DNA of 64,000 nucleotides, taken from NCBI GenBank assembly GCA_033764135.1, contig JANRJE010000006.1, positions 54,675-118,674 on the forward strand. Direction: 5' to 3'. A model generated the notes under the pieces. That model was given only the letters and a program-made list of their open reading frames with translations, made no database searches and was not told the origin of the DNA. The position numbers and the translations under genes were made by a program. Positions within the stretch are counted from its first letter, which is position 1. Every line of letters begins with the position of its first letter. Positions 47,263-57,981 of the stretch are shown piece after piece. This DNA is from Gemmatimonadales bacterium (lineage in GTDB: Bacteria > Gemmatimonadota > Gemmatimonadetes > Gemmatimonadales > GWC2-71-9).

Positions 47263-47560
47263 GTGGTCAACCGGAAACGGTTAACGGGCGAGCCAGTTTA
47301 CCCAGGGTCAGGTACTGGCGGCGTTGCTGTTTCTCTGTTGTCACGGCTTGTTGCGCGGTCAAGCGCCGACGCGAGTTGTCACACACTGCGGCATTTGTTC
47401 GCCACGCACCTGCTGGGTGCTGGCCATGACATCCGGACAGCGCAATAGCTGTGTCGCCCATGATCCTCGCTTCGCAATTGATGTGCAGATCTATGCCCCC
47501 GGTGTGTTGCATCCTCCCGGGCGGCAGACACCAACCGCGTTGCCGATCCAACTAGGCGGG
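47263..47560 (+). pseudogene. Tyrosine recombinase (integron-integrase/XerD-like) 3' relic
   Basis: '[24 protein letters not shown]', then after a frameshift 'VAHDPRFAIDVQIYAPGVL', a decayed 'LGH...T..IYTHVL' box II. The N-terminal two thirds are absent. Confidence 0.65.
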
Positions 47561-47609
47561 GTTTGCGGACCTGCCCTGGTATGTTGATTCGTCATGCAAC
47601 GGAGAAACC

Positions 47610-48170
47610 ATGACCAAGGTCAAGACCGCCGTCACGCTCGCCCCCCCCGTCCTGAAGCACCGTGAGGCTCTCCAGAAAAGGCTCGCGCGCGTTGCCGTTC
47701 TGGCTGTCGTGCTCGCAGTCTCGTCACTCACTGCGGGCGCACAGTCAATTCCATCCTCAACGAAACTCATCGCCATGACTGAAATCGCCAGAGGCGACTT
47801 TGTCGTCACGTTGCAACCACTGCCGTTTGAAGGCCAGCCGGAAGGGTCCAGGCTGGGGCGAATGTCCATCGACAAGACGATCACCGGAGATCTCGTCGCA
47901 ACAACCAGGGGGCAGATGCTCAGTGCCATGACGGAAGTCAAGGGTTCCGCCGGGTATGTCGCGATCGAGAAGGTCGAAGGTGTGCTCAATGGCAAAACCG
48001 GAACCTTTGTTCTCCAGCACACCGGCACCATGAACCGGGGCAGCGGGAGCCTGGTCGTGACTGTGGTCCCGAACTCCGGAACCGGTGCGCTCACCGGGCT
48101 GACCGGGGAGTTCAACATCATCATCGAGGGTGGCAGGCACAGCTATGAGTTCAAGTACACGCTGCCGTGA
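47610..48170 (+). CDS. DUF3224-domain protein
   Basis: 'GSAGYVAIEKVEGVLNGKTGTFVLQHTGTMNRG...GLTGEFNIIIEGGRHSYEF'. Confidence 0.6.
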   Translation: MTKVKTAVTLAPPVLKHREALQKRLARVAVLAVVLAVSSLTAGAQSIPSSTKLIAMTEIARGDFVVTLQPLPFEGQPEGSRLGRMSIDKTITGDLVATTRGQMLSAMTEVKGSAGYVAIEKVEGVLNGKTGTFVLQHTGTMNRGSGSLVVTVVPNSGTGALTGLTGEFNIIIEGGRHSYEFKYTLP

Positions 48171-48227
48171 TCCGGTGCAAAGGTGCAGCGGAATCGGGGG
48201 CACCATCGCCAAGTCAGCCAGGAGAGC

Positions 48228-48584
48228 ATGATGCACGTGTCGAAACTGTTCCCGGTCTTTGCGGTCCAGAATCTGGATGACGCGCTTGCGTACTACCGGG
48301 ACAAACTCGGCTTCACCATCGCGTGGACCTGGGGCGATCCGGTCTCGCGAGCGGGCGTCGTGCTCGATGACATCGAGATTCAACTTGAGGGAGCGGGCCT
48401 CGGCGCCCCAGCTGCCCCGTCGGTGATTTACTGCCACATGGACGGGGTCAACGAATACTACGAGGCCTGCCTGGCTCGCGGTGCGGCGATCGCCATGGAG
48501 CTCGGCGACCGCCCCTGGGGGATGCGGGACTTCAGGGTGTCCGACCCGAACGGCAACAGGATCGGCTTCGCATCGTTGTTGTAG
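48228..48584 (+). CDS. VOC-family (glyoxalase/bleomycin-resistance-like) protein
   Basis: 'PVFAVQNLDDALAYYRDKLGF' and 'DRPWGMRDFRVSDPNGNRIGF'. Confidence 0.8.
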   Translation: MMHVSKLFPVFAVQNLDDALAYYRDKLGFTIAWTWGDPVSRAGVVLDDIEIQLEGAGLGAPAAPSVIYCHMDGVNEYYEACLARGAAIAMELGDRPWGMRDFRVSDPNGNRIGFASLL

Positions 48585-48955
48585 CGGTTGGCCAAAGCGG
48601 CGGCGCAGCGAACCGACTGCCGGTTTGAGGCGGGAGCAGGTTGGAAAACGTCAATTGGGGTGCACAGACAGGAAGGGGGCTCGCTCTGGTGCGAAGGTCG
48701 ATTGCGGAAGCACGCAGGTTCGGCCGGTGAACCCCTCGCAGCGCTGAAGGGCCGCAAGCTCTTCGTGGTGACCGAACTCGACGCCAATGCCGCCGGGCCC
48801 AGACTTCCCCGGATTCGCCGGCAGTTCGAGGCCGTAGGTAACCCGAAGGAGTTGGTGGTGCTCGAAGGCTACCCCAGGGAAACTTGGCGCAGCTCGATTC
48901 AAGCGATTGAACGTCTCCCTTTCCCTCCCGTTGCACCCGAGTACTTGCCCGGCAC

Positions 48956-48979
48956 GATGATATCACCTATGATATCATC
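48956..48979. promoter_or_regulatory. Perfect 10-bp inverted repeat abutting the PIN start codon (putative TA operator)
   Basis: GATGATATCAcctaTGATATCATC, immediately followed by ATG at 48980. Confidence 0.5.
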
Positions 48980-49408
48980 ATGATCCGGCGGGTCGTGCTC
49001 GACACGAATGTGCTCGTGGCCGCCCTGCGGTCGCAGCAGGGCGCCTCCCACGCCGTGCTGCGCCGAGTGGGGTTGGGGCAGTTCGAGTTCTGCCTGTCCG
49101 TTGCCCTGATGTTGGAGTACGAAGGGGTCTTGAAACGCCCGAGTAGCGGGATCGCGCTGTCGTCGGCCGCCATGGATGACATCCTGGACTACCTCGCGAA
49201 GGTCGGGCGTGCCTAGGAGATTTATTTCCTCTGGCGCCCCACCCTGCCGGATCCTGCCGACGATCATGTGATGGAGTTGGCTGTCGCGGGCGGCTGTGAC
49301 ACGATCATCACGTTCCACCGACGCCATTTTCAGGGTGCCGAGCGATTCGGCCTCGGAATCGCGTCCCCGGCGGAGTTTCTCCGGGATCTACCGAGTGAGG
49401 AATCATGA
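48980..49408 (+). pseudogene. PIN-domain toxin with in-frame TAG at 49214-49216
   Basis: 'VVLDTNVLVAALRS' (N-terminal acidic D) ... TAG ... 'FLWRPTLPDPADDHVMELAVAGGCDTIITFHRRHF', all in one frame. Confidence 0.7.
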
Positions 49409-49719
49409 GTGCCATGAGCTTGCGGCTCCCCCTGTCGCTGCACGAAGCCGCCAAGGAGCTTGCTGAGCGTGAGGGGGTCTCCGTGAACCAACTGGTGGCG
49501 ACTGCCTTGGCCGAAAAGCTCTCCGCACTGATGACGGTGGAGCACCTGCTCGCCCGCGGCGAGCGGGGCACGCGGCGGAAGTTTCTTGCTGCCATGGCTC
49601 GGGTGCCTGACATTGAGCCCCCTCCCGAGGACCGCCGGTCCGAGCGCAAGGGGGCGTTCAAGCGGTCCCAGCCGGCCAAGCCGCGGCCCAAAGCGCGTGG
49701 CCGGGCCCAGACCAAGTAG
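49405..49719 (+). CDS. Ribbon-helix-helix/HicB-type antitoxin
   Basis: 'LRLPLSLHEAAKELAEREGVSVNQLVATALAEKL'. ATGA overlap with the PIN reading frame. Confidence 0.7.
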   Translation: MSAMSLRLPLSLHEAAKELAEREGVSVNQLVATALAEKLSALMTVEHLLARGERGTRRKFLAAMARVPDIEPPPEDRRSERKGAFKRSQPAKPRPKARGRAQTK

Positions 49720-49782
49720 CGGCTGTGCCTCGCGGTTGAGGCGCTGAGTCAGACACTCCCCACTCTCCAATCGGAGGCCAGC

Positions 49783-50199
49783 ATGAAGCGAATCGGCAAT
49801 GGCTTGGTGATGAGTCTCATCGGGATCGGGCTCGCCGCCAGTTCCGCCCGGTGGCTGATCACCCCGATCGATCATCCCGATGCATCGGATCAGCGGACAA
49901 CAGCCGTCATGATCCAGTTTGTCGTCGGTGTGGCGATTCTCGCCTGGGGCTGGCGCCAGGACCGTGAGGAGCGCCGCAGCCGCGGACCCGAGTACCAGAT
50001 CTTTGCCTCCGGTGTGGTCAACCTGGTGATCGGCGCCGTGTTGGCGGGAACCGCTATCCGCTGGCTCGTCACCCCGATATTGCACCCCGATGCTTCGGAT
50101 CTCCGCACCACCATGGTGGGAGTGCAGGCCCTGGCCGGCATCGGGCTGATGATGCTGAGTCGCCGGCAGTTGCGGGTGCCGGAAGTAGTGGCCGCCTGA
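49783..50199 (+). CDS. Hypothetical 4-TM membrane protein built from an internal duplication
   Basis: 'RWLITPIDHPDASDQRTT' and 'RWLVTPILHPDASDLRTT' repeat units. GGAGG RBS. Confidence 0.5.
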   Translation: MKRIGNGLVMSLIGIGLAASSARWLITPIDHPDASDQRTTAVMIQFVVGVAILAWGWRQDREERRSRGPEYQIFASGVVNLVIGAVLAGTAIRWLVTPILHPDASDLRTTMVGVQALAGIGLMMLSRRQLRVPEVVAA

Positions 50200-50292
50200 C
50201 TGGCGGCCGGAGCGGGGAAGATGGCTTATGTGTGACACAGGCGGACCTTCCAGTCCCGGGATTCGACACTCCATCTGTCTGAGGATTCCAGA

Positions 50293-50958
50293 GTGATCGC
50301 CATCCACCCACGAACACTGTTCGCCCTTCTTCTCGCCGCGACAACACCGGGCGTCGCGCAATCGTCCGCCGGGCACCGATTGGGCCAACGGGCCGCGCTG
50401 CCTGATTCGGTGCGCGAGGTTCTTGGAGGAGGGCGCTTCCAGGTCACCATCGAACGGCAGGTGACCGATTCTTTCCAGCGCCAGCTGATCGAGCTGGCCG
50501 AGCGGATCCTTCCGGACACGGTCGCAATAAACGTCGCTGCTCTGAAGGAATCGTTGCCGCGCGTCAAGGAAAGACTCGCGGCAGCAGAACGGATGGTCGG
50601 TGAGCGCTGGTGGTGGGACGAGGCTGATGGGATCCTCACACCCTATGCGCTCACGGGGGCGGCAGTGAGGTACTTTCTTGAACGCATCCATGAGCGGGCA
50701 GCAGGTGACAACACGTTGGCACGAGATCGGTGGGCGACGCATCGGGGCGAGCTGACGTATGCCGCCGCAGTCGATCGTATAGCACCGGGAGACGCTGATG
50801 GAGCAACATTCGTTGTGCGGATGCGACTGACGTGGAGCTATTCCTGTGGCATGCTCTGCGGGATGTCCTTCCACGCCACCCGGGCCGTATTCTTTGATGC
50901 CGACGGCGCGCTGATCCGGATCGAGGGTGACGGGAAGCCGCTGGTCATCATGTCCTGA
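50293..50958 (+). CDS. Hypothetical secreted protein
   Basis: Signal 'LFALLLAATTPGVAQS'. GTG start. No recognisable domain. Confidence 0.4.
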   Translation: MIAIHPRTLFALLLAATTPGVAQSSAGHRLGQRAALPDSVREVLGGGRFQVTIERQVTDSFQRQLIELAERILPDTVAINVAALKESLPRVKERLAAAERMVGERWWWDEADGILTPYALTGAAVRYFLERIHERAAGDNTLARDRWATHRGELTYAAAVDRIAPGDADGATFVVRMRLTWSYSCGMLCGMSFHATRAVFFDADGALIRIEGDGKPLVIMS

Positions 50959-51242
50959 TCCCAGCGGATAGCATGGCGTTGGTATCATGCAGGGGAATGC
51001 CTCCCTATCGGAAACCTATCCAGAACCAACGGCCTCCCCCGCCCCTCTCCTCGCCACATCGTGAAATCGAAATCCTGCTCGTCGCTGAAGCGACGGTCGT
51101 TTCCCGACGAGGCGAGCTGTGCGGCGGACCTGCTCCACCACACGGCCGCGATCCCGGCGCCGTTGGAGGCGCGAGGAACAACGCCTGTATTGACTGGGGA
51201 GCCGTTCTCCCGATCTCACCGGCAGGTCGCATTGAGCCCCTG

Positions 51243-51262
51243 TTGACAATAATAATTGTCAA
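51243..51262. promoter_or_regulatory. AT-rich palindrome upstream of the ArsR-family gene (putative operator)
   Basis: TTGACAATaataATTGTCAA lies 16 nt upstream of the ATG at 51278, in otherwise GC-rich DNA. Confidence 0.5.
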
Positions 51263-51277
51263 AGGTATTGTTTCCCC

Positions 51278-51880
51278 ATGCTCGACATCCAAGTCATCGA
51301 CGACCCGGCCGCTGCGACCGTCGCCCTGGAGCCGGTCCGGAGCCGCCTCCTCTCCGAACTGGCGACCCCAGCCTCCGCCGCCACCCTGGCCACCCGGGTC
51401 GGCCTGGCTCGGCAAAAGGTCAGCTACCACCTGAACACCCTCGAGGCCCACGGCTTGGTGCGCCTGGCCGAGGAACGCAAGTGGGGCGGGCTCACGGAAC
51501 GGCTGCTGGTGGCGACGGCTGCAGCGTATGTCGTGAGTCCCAGCGCCATGGGCCCCGCGGCGATTGATCCAGACGGACAGGTTGATCGGCTCTCCGCCAG
51601 CTACCTCATCGCGCTCGGCGCTCGGGTGGTCCGCGAAGTGGCCGATCTGGTGCGTCGGGCGACGGCATCCGGCAAGCGGCTGGCGACCCTGAGCGTGGAT
51701 GCGGAGGTCCGCTTCCGGTCGTCGACCGATCGCGCCGCTTTCAGTCGGGAACTCACCGCAGCCGTCATGACCCTCGTTGCGAAGTATCACGATGCATCCT
51801 GCCCCGGCGGCCGAGCCCATCGCTTGGTGATCGTGGCGCACCCACTACCCCAGCAGTCCGAACTCCAGGAGAGATCATGA
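51278..51880 (+). CDS. ArsR/SmtB-family winged-helix regulator with C-terminal extension
   Basis: 'LEPVRSRLLSELATPASAATLATRVGLARQKVSYHLNTLEAHGLV'. Confidence 0.8.
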   Translation: MLDIQVIDDPAAATVALEPVRSRLLSELATPASAATLATRVGLARQKVSYHLNTLEAHGLVRLAEERKWGGLTERLLVATAAAYVVSPSAMGPAAIDPDGQVDRLSASYLIALGARVVREVADLVRRATASGKRLATLSVDAEVRFRSSTDRAAFSRELTAAVMTLVAKYHDASCPGGRAHRLVIVAHPLPQQSELQERS

Positions 51881-52695
51881 GCGTGACAAGGGAAGCCGAT
51901 GGCCGCCGTTCCGTCGAGGTCGAGTTCCACGTCCCCGGCACCCCCGAGGAAGTCTGGCAGGCGCTCGCTACCGGTCCGGGGATATCGTCCTGGTTCGTGC
52001 CGACCGAAGTCGAGGAACACGACGGGAAAGCTGTCGCCGTGAACTACCACTTCGGCCCGGGGATGGAGATCCGCTCCGTGGTGACTGCCTCCGACCAGCC
52101 GCGGCGCTTCGTCCAGGAGGGCGACGGCATGACCCCGTGCTCGCCGCCGATGGCCACCGAGTGGACCATCGCAGCACGCGACGGCGGGAGCTGCATCGTC
52201 CGCGTGGTTCATTCCATGTTCGCCAGCACCGACGAGTGGGACGATCAGCTCGAATCCGCCAAGGGCGGCTGGGCCGGTTTCCTGAGCATCCTGCGCCTCT
52301 ATCTCACCCACTTCCGCGGACAACACTCGGCGATCATGCAGGTCTCGATGCCCGTCGCGACAACGGAGGCGGCGACCTGGGAAACGCTCACCACTGCGCT
52401 CGGAGTGAAAGGACTCCTGGTCGGGCAACGCTGGACGACACCCGCAGGTGTCTCGCCGCTCGGCGGTGTGGTGGAACTGCTCACCGAAGATCCCTGGGAT
52501 GCCCTGCTCCGCCTCGACACTCCGGGGCCGGGAATCGCAGCACTCGGCGCCGTTACCTACCCCGGCGGCCAGGGGATGGTGGCGATGAACCTCTACCTGT
52601 ACGGCGATCAGGCAGACGCAGCAGTTGCGAGAGAGACACCGCTCTGGCAGGCATGGTTCGAGCAACGATTCGCCGCTCCACCTGAATCCCCATGA
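51877..52695 (+). CDS. SRPBCC/AHSA1-like domain protein (tandem)
   Basis: 'VEVEFHVPGTPEEVWQALATGPGISSWF'. ATGA-coupled to the ArsR gene, a common pairing. Confidence 0.65.
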   Translation: MSVTREADGRRSVEVEFHVPGTPEEVWQALATGPGISSWFVPTEVEEHDGKAVAVNYHFGPGMEIRSVVTASDQPRRFVQEGDGMTPCSPPMATEWTIAARDGGSCIVRVVHSMFASTDEWDDQLESAKGGWAGFLSILRLYLTHFRGQHSAIMQVSMPVATTEAATWETLTTALGVKGLLVGQRWTTPAGVSPLGGVVELLTEDPWDALLRLDTPGPGIAALGAVTYPGGQGMVAMNLYLYGDQADAAVARETPLWQAWFEQRFAAPPESP

Positions 52696-52743
52696 ATACC
52701 TGAATCCCCATGAATACAGTCGGAATCAGCAATTGCATCATGA

Positions 52744-55092
<2,349 letters not shown>

Positions 55093-55167
55093 GTTTGGCA
55101 GTACATCCCGCCACCGGATGACGCGGTGACGGTACCGCGCGGGCTGGGAGGAGGCGCCGACCTCTTC

Positions 55168-55686
55168 TCAGCCCAGCGGCGGCAGGGCGATCACGGTGAC
55201 GATGGCGATCCCCTGGCCGGTGACTACATCCCCCGGATAGTGCACGCCGAGCACCACCCTGCTCCACCCCACTACCAGAGCGGAACCGACCAGTGGCAAC
55301 GCCAGTGACGGGAACGCCGACCCGTAACTCATCGCCACCGCGAGTGCCGCGGTGGCATGTCCGGACGGAAACGAGAAGCGGTCGGGACAGGCGAGATGGG
55401 AGGTGAGGGATGGTCGTTCGCGGCTGACACCGCGCTTGATGATCTGCACCACGGCGTGCGAGAGCGCCAGCGCCAGCGCCGCATGCACGCTCGCGGCCCG
55501 CGACCAGATACCGGTAAGCATCGGCACCACCACCACGGCGACCGTGACAATCCCCCCCCCAGCATGCGTCACGACGGTCCAGGCGACTCGTCGCCAGCGG
55601 GGGCGGGAGGCAGGCAGCACGGCGCGGGCCAGCAGCCCGCGATCGTGTCCGTCAATCGCCCGCACGATCCGGACGGCGGAGATCAT
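55168..55686 (-). CDS. PAP2-family phosphatase (membrane)
   Basis: 'KRGVSRERP', 'PSGHA' and 'SRVVLGVHYPGDV' acid-phosphatase motifs. Confidence 0.8.
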   Translation of the reverse strand: MISAVRIVRAIDGHDRGLLARAVLPASRPRWRRVAWTVVTHAGGGIVTVAVVVVPMLTGIWSRAASVHAALALALSHAVVQIIKRGVSRERPSLTSHLACPDRFSFPSGHATAALAVAMSYGSAFPSLALPLVGSALVVGWSRVVLGVHYPGDVVTGQGIAIVTVIALPPLG

Positions 55687-56549
55687 GCCGCGACCTCGAC
55701 CTGCCGGATCTCACGCCGACCTGCCGGATGAAACGCCGATCGGAGCGGACTCCCCTGCCAGTCGGGCGGCGGAACGATGCCGAACAGCCAGGGAATGGTG
55801 GCACAAACATCGAGCGGCGAACTCCCGGTCGGCAGCAGGTTGGGCTCGACCTGCCCACCACCGATCACGATCGGAATGGTGACGTCATCGGGATGATCGC
55901 TTTCGTGGTCATCGGCGACTGTCCCGCCACCACCATGATCGGCCATGAACATGATCACCGTCTCGGGATCGTGAAGGACACCGGTGGCGTCGAGCACTCG
56001 GCCCACCGACTCATCGAGACGGCGAACCGCCTGGGCATATCCCTCCGACATCCATCCGTGGGCATGACCGGCGTCATCGGCGTCGGGCCAGTGCAGGTAG
56101 ATCACGCCGCGGCGTGTCCGGTCCAGGCCCGGTCGCGCGGCCGCCAGAATGCTCTCGGCATCGTGTCCCTCGAACCGGGCCCGAACTCCGAGCCGGGCAG
56201 CGAGGGTGGTGCCGATGGTGCGGAAGCCGAACGGCAGGGCGCGCATGTAGCCGAACATCGGTTGTCGATACCGGCCGAGCAGTCGAGGCAGCGGCGTCAG
56301 GCGCTTGACCAGACTCGGCAGCATGCCATGCTCGTTCCGGATGCCGTGGACCGCTGGCCGGACCCCGGTGAACAGCGACGCGAGCACCGACGCGGTGGTG
56401 CTCGGCTCCACTGTCCGCCCCGTCAGAGTGTGCGCCGTGGTGTCGAGCAGGGCGCCCAATCGCGGCAACCCGAAGCGAACGATGGCGTCGGGTCGCAAGC
56501 CGTCCAGGACGACCACAATGACGCGGGAGATTCCGGATGGTGAAGGCAC
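55683..56549 (-). CDS. Alkaline-phosphatase-superfamily enzyme (nucleotide pyrophosphatase/phosphodiesterase-like)
   Basis: 'VIVVVLDGLRPD' and 'ADDAGHAHG...MADHGG'. ATGA-coupled to the PAP2 gene. Confidence 0.7.
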   Translation of the reverse strand: MPSPSGISRVIVVVLDGLRPDAIVRFGLPRLGALLDTTAHTLTGRTVEPSTTASVLASLFTGVRPAVHGIRNEHGMLPSLVKRLTPLPRLLGRYRQPMFGYMRALPFGFRTIGTTLAARLGVRARFEGHDAESILAAARPGLDRTRRGVIYLHWPDADDAGHAHGWMSEGYAQAVRRLDESVGRVLDATGVLHDPETVIMFMADHGGGGTVADDHESDHPDDVTIPIVIGGGQVEPNLLPTGSSPLDVCATIPWLFGIVPPPDWQGSPLRSAFHPAGRREIRQVEVAA

Positions 56550-56721
56550 TTCAGCCCTCCGAGGCGTGCGGGTGTCTTTTCACGTTTGCAAGATCACAAC
56601 GCCATGCCACAGCCGGGCGACGATCCGGTCGGAAATCTGTCGCAATCCCCCCCCCGCCACGATACATCTCGTGACATGCGCGTCACTCAATTGTGATCAT
56701 GACCGGCGTTTCTCTTCCGGC

Positions 56722-57951
56722 ATGATGACACCACTGCGAGTGCTCTACTGCACCGACACCTATCCTCCCCAGATCAACGGCGTGTCAGTTGTGACCGCCC
56801 TCTCCGTGGCGGGACTGCTTGCCCGGGGGTGGCAGGTGACGGTGATCTCACCGCGCTATCCAGCGAGTGAGGTCAACCTCTTCGAAAACGGGGGGGGTAT
56901 GCCGTCGGCTCTCCATCACGCAGTGGTACCGAGTGTCTCTTTGCCGGGCTACTCCGACATCCGCCTGGCGGCACCCTGCACGAGCAAGGTGCGTCGGCTC
57001 ATCCAGAACTTTCAGCCACACCTGGTTCACTCGGCCACCGAGTTCATGATCGGCTGGACCGGTCAACGAGAGGCGATCCGGCAGGGCATCCCGGTCGTCT
57101 CGTCATATCACACCGACTTCTCGCGCTATACCGAGGCGTACGGAATGCCCTGGCTGCGTGGGACGGTACAGCGATACCTCGCGCGCTTTCACCGCCGCAG
57201 CAACCGGGTCTACACGCCGGGCCTGCTGGCCGGGAACGACCTCGCCACCCTGGGCGTGTCGAATGTCGAGATCTGGGGCCGTGGGGTGGACACCAACCTG
57301 TTCCATCCGCTGCACCGTGATCGCCGCAGCATTCCGGACATGACGGCCGGTGATGATCCCTTCGTCTTCCTTCATGTGGGACGACTGGCAGCGGAGAAGA
57401 ACGTCGCCCTGATCGTGCAGGCCTACGCACTGGCACGCGAGCGTCTGTCGACCACCCATGCCACCCGGCTGATCATTGCCGGAGACGGTCCGGAACGCTC
57501 GGCGCTCCGACGGATCGCCGGACCGGGAGTCACCCTGCTCGGCAACCTCGACCGGCAGACCGACCTGCCGCGACTCTACGCCAGCGCCGACGCCTTTCTG
57601 TTCGCCTCCTGCACGGAGACCCTCGGTCTGGTGATCCTGGAGGCGATGGCCAGCGGACTCCCGGTGATCGCGGCGCCCGTCGGCGGTGTGGCCGATCATC
57701 TCCGCCATGGCGAGAATGGGCTCGCCTTCATGCCGGACGATATCGAGGGAATGGCGGCCGCAATGGTCGAGATGGTGAACAATTCAGACGAACGACGGAG
57801 ATTGGCGACCGGAGCGCGCCGCACGGCCGAGCAGCTTGGCTGGGACGCAGAGCTTGATCGACTCGACGAGAGCTACCGCGAGCGTGTCATCGGTTCGGCA
57901 GTGGAGGGGTCCCGACTCGAACATGCCGAGCCGGTTGTGGTGGAGTCATGA
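56722..57951 (+). CDS. GT4-family glycosyltransferase
   Basis: 'RVLYCTDTYPPQINGVS', 'VGRLAAEKN' and 'ETLGLVILEAMASGLPVIA' (EX7E). Confidence 0.85.
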   Translation: MMTPLRVLYCTDTYPPQINGVSVVTALSVAGLLARGWQVTVISPRYPASEVNLFENGGGMPSALHHAVVPSVSLPGYSDIRLAAPCTSKVRRLIQNFQPHLVHSATEFMIGWTGQREAIRQGIPVVSSYHTDFSRYTEAYGMPWLRGTVQRYLARFHRRSNRVYTPGLLAGNDLATLGVSNVEIWGRGVDTNLFHPLHRDRRSIPDMTAGDDPFVFLHVGRLAAEKNVALIVQAYALARERLSTTHATRLIIAGDGPERSALRRIAGPGVTLLGNLDRQTDLPRLYASADAFLFASCTETLGLVILEAMASGLPVIAAPVGGVADHLRHGENGLAFMPDDIEGMAAAMVEMVNNSDERRRLATGARRTAEQLGWDAELDRLDESYRERVIGSAVEGSRLEHAEPVVVES

Positions 57952-57981
57952 TCCTGCCCGGGCAGCGACCACGCTCCACCC

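Noticed and set aside
48588-48955. ORF 48588-48983 with '...LKGRKLFVVTELDANAAG...NPKELVVLEG', resembling the C-terminal end of an alpha/beta hydrolase.
   Set aside because: It is only a short, weak resemblance. It lacks the catalytic His context, has no N-terminal part, and overlaps the TA promoter region. At most it is a gene fragment.
44870-49720. A run of small same-strand genes (YdeI, TA-like pairs, GNAT, DUF3224, VOC) around an integron-integrase-like relic. I considered a chromosomal integron cassette array.
   Set aside because: I could not find attC-like structures (RYYYAAC...GTTRRRY with internal pairing) in the intergenic regions. The gene orientation relative to the relic is not the canonical one. 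This needs IntegronFinder before it can be claimed.
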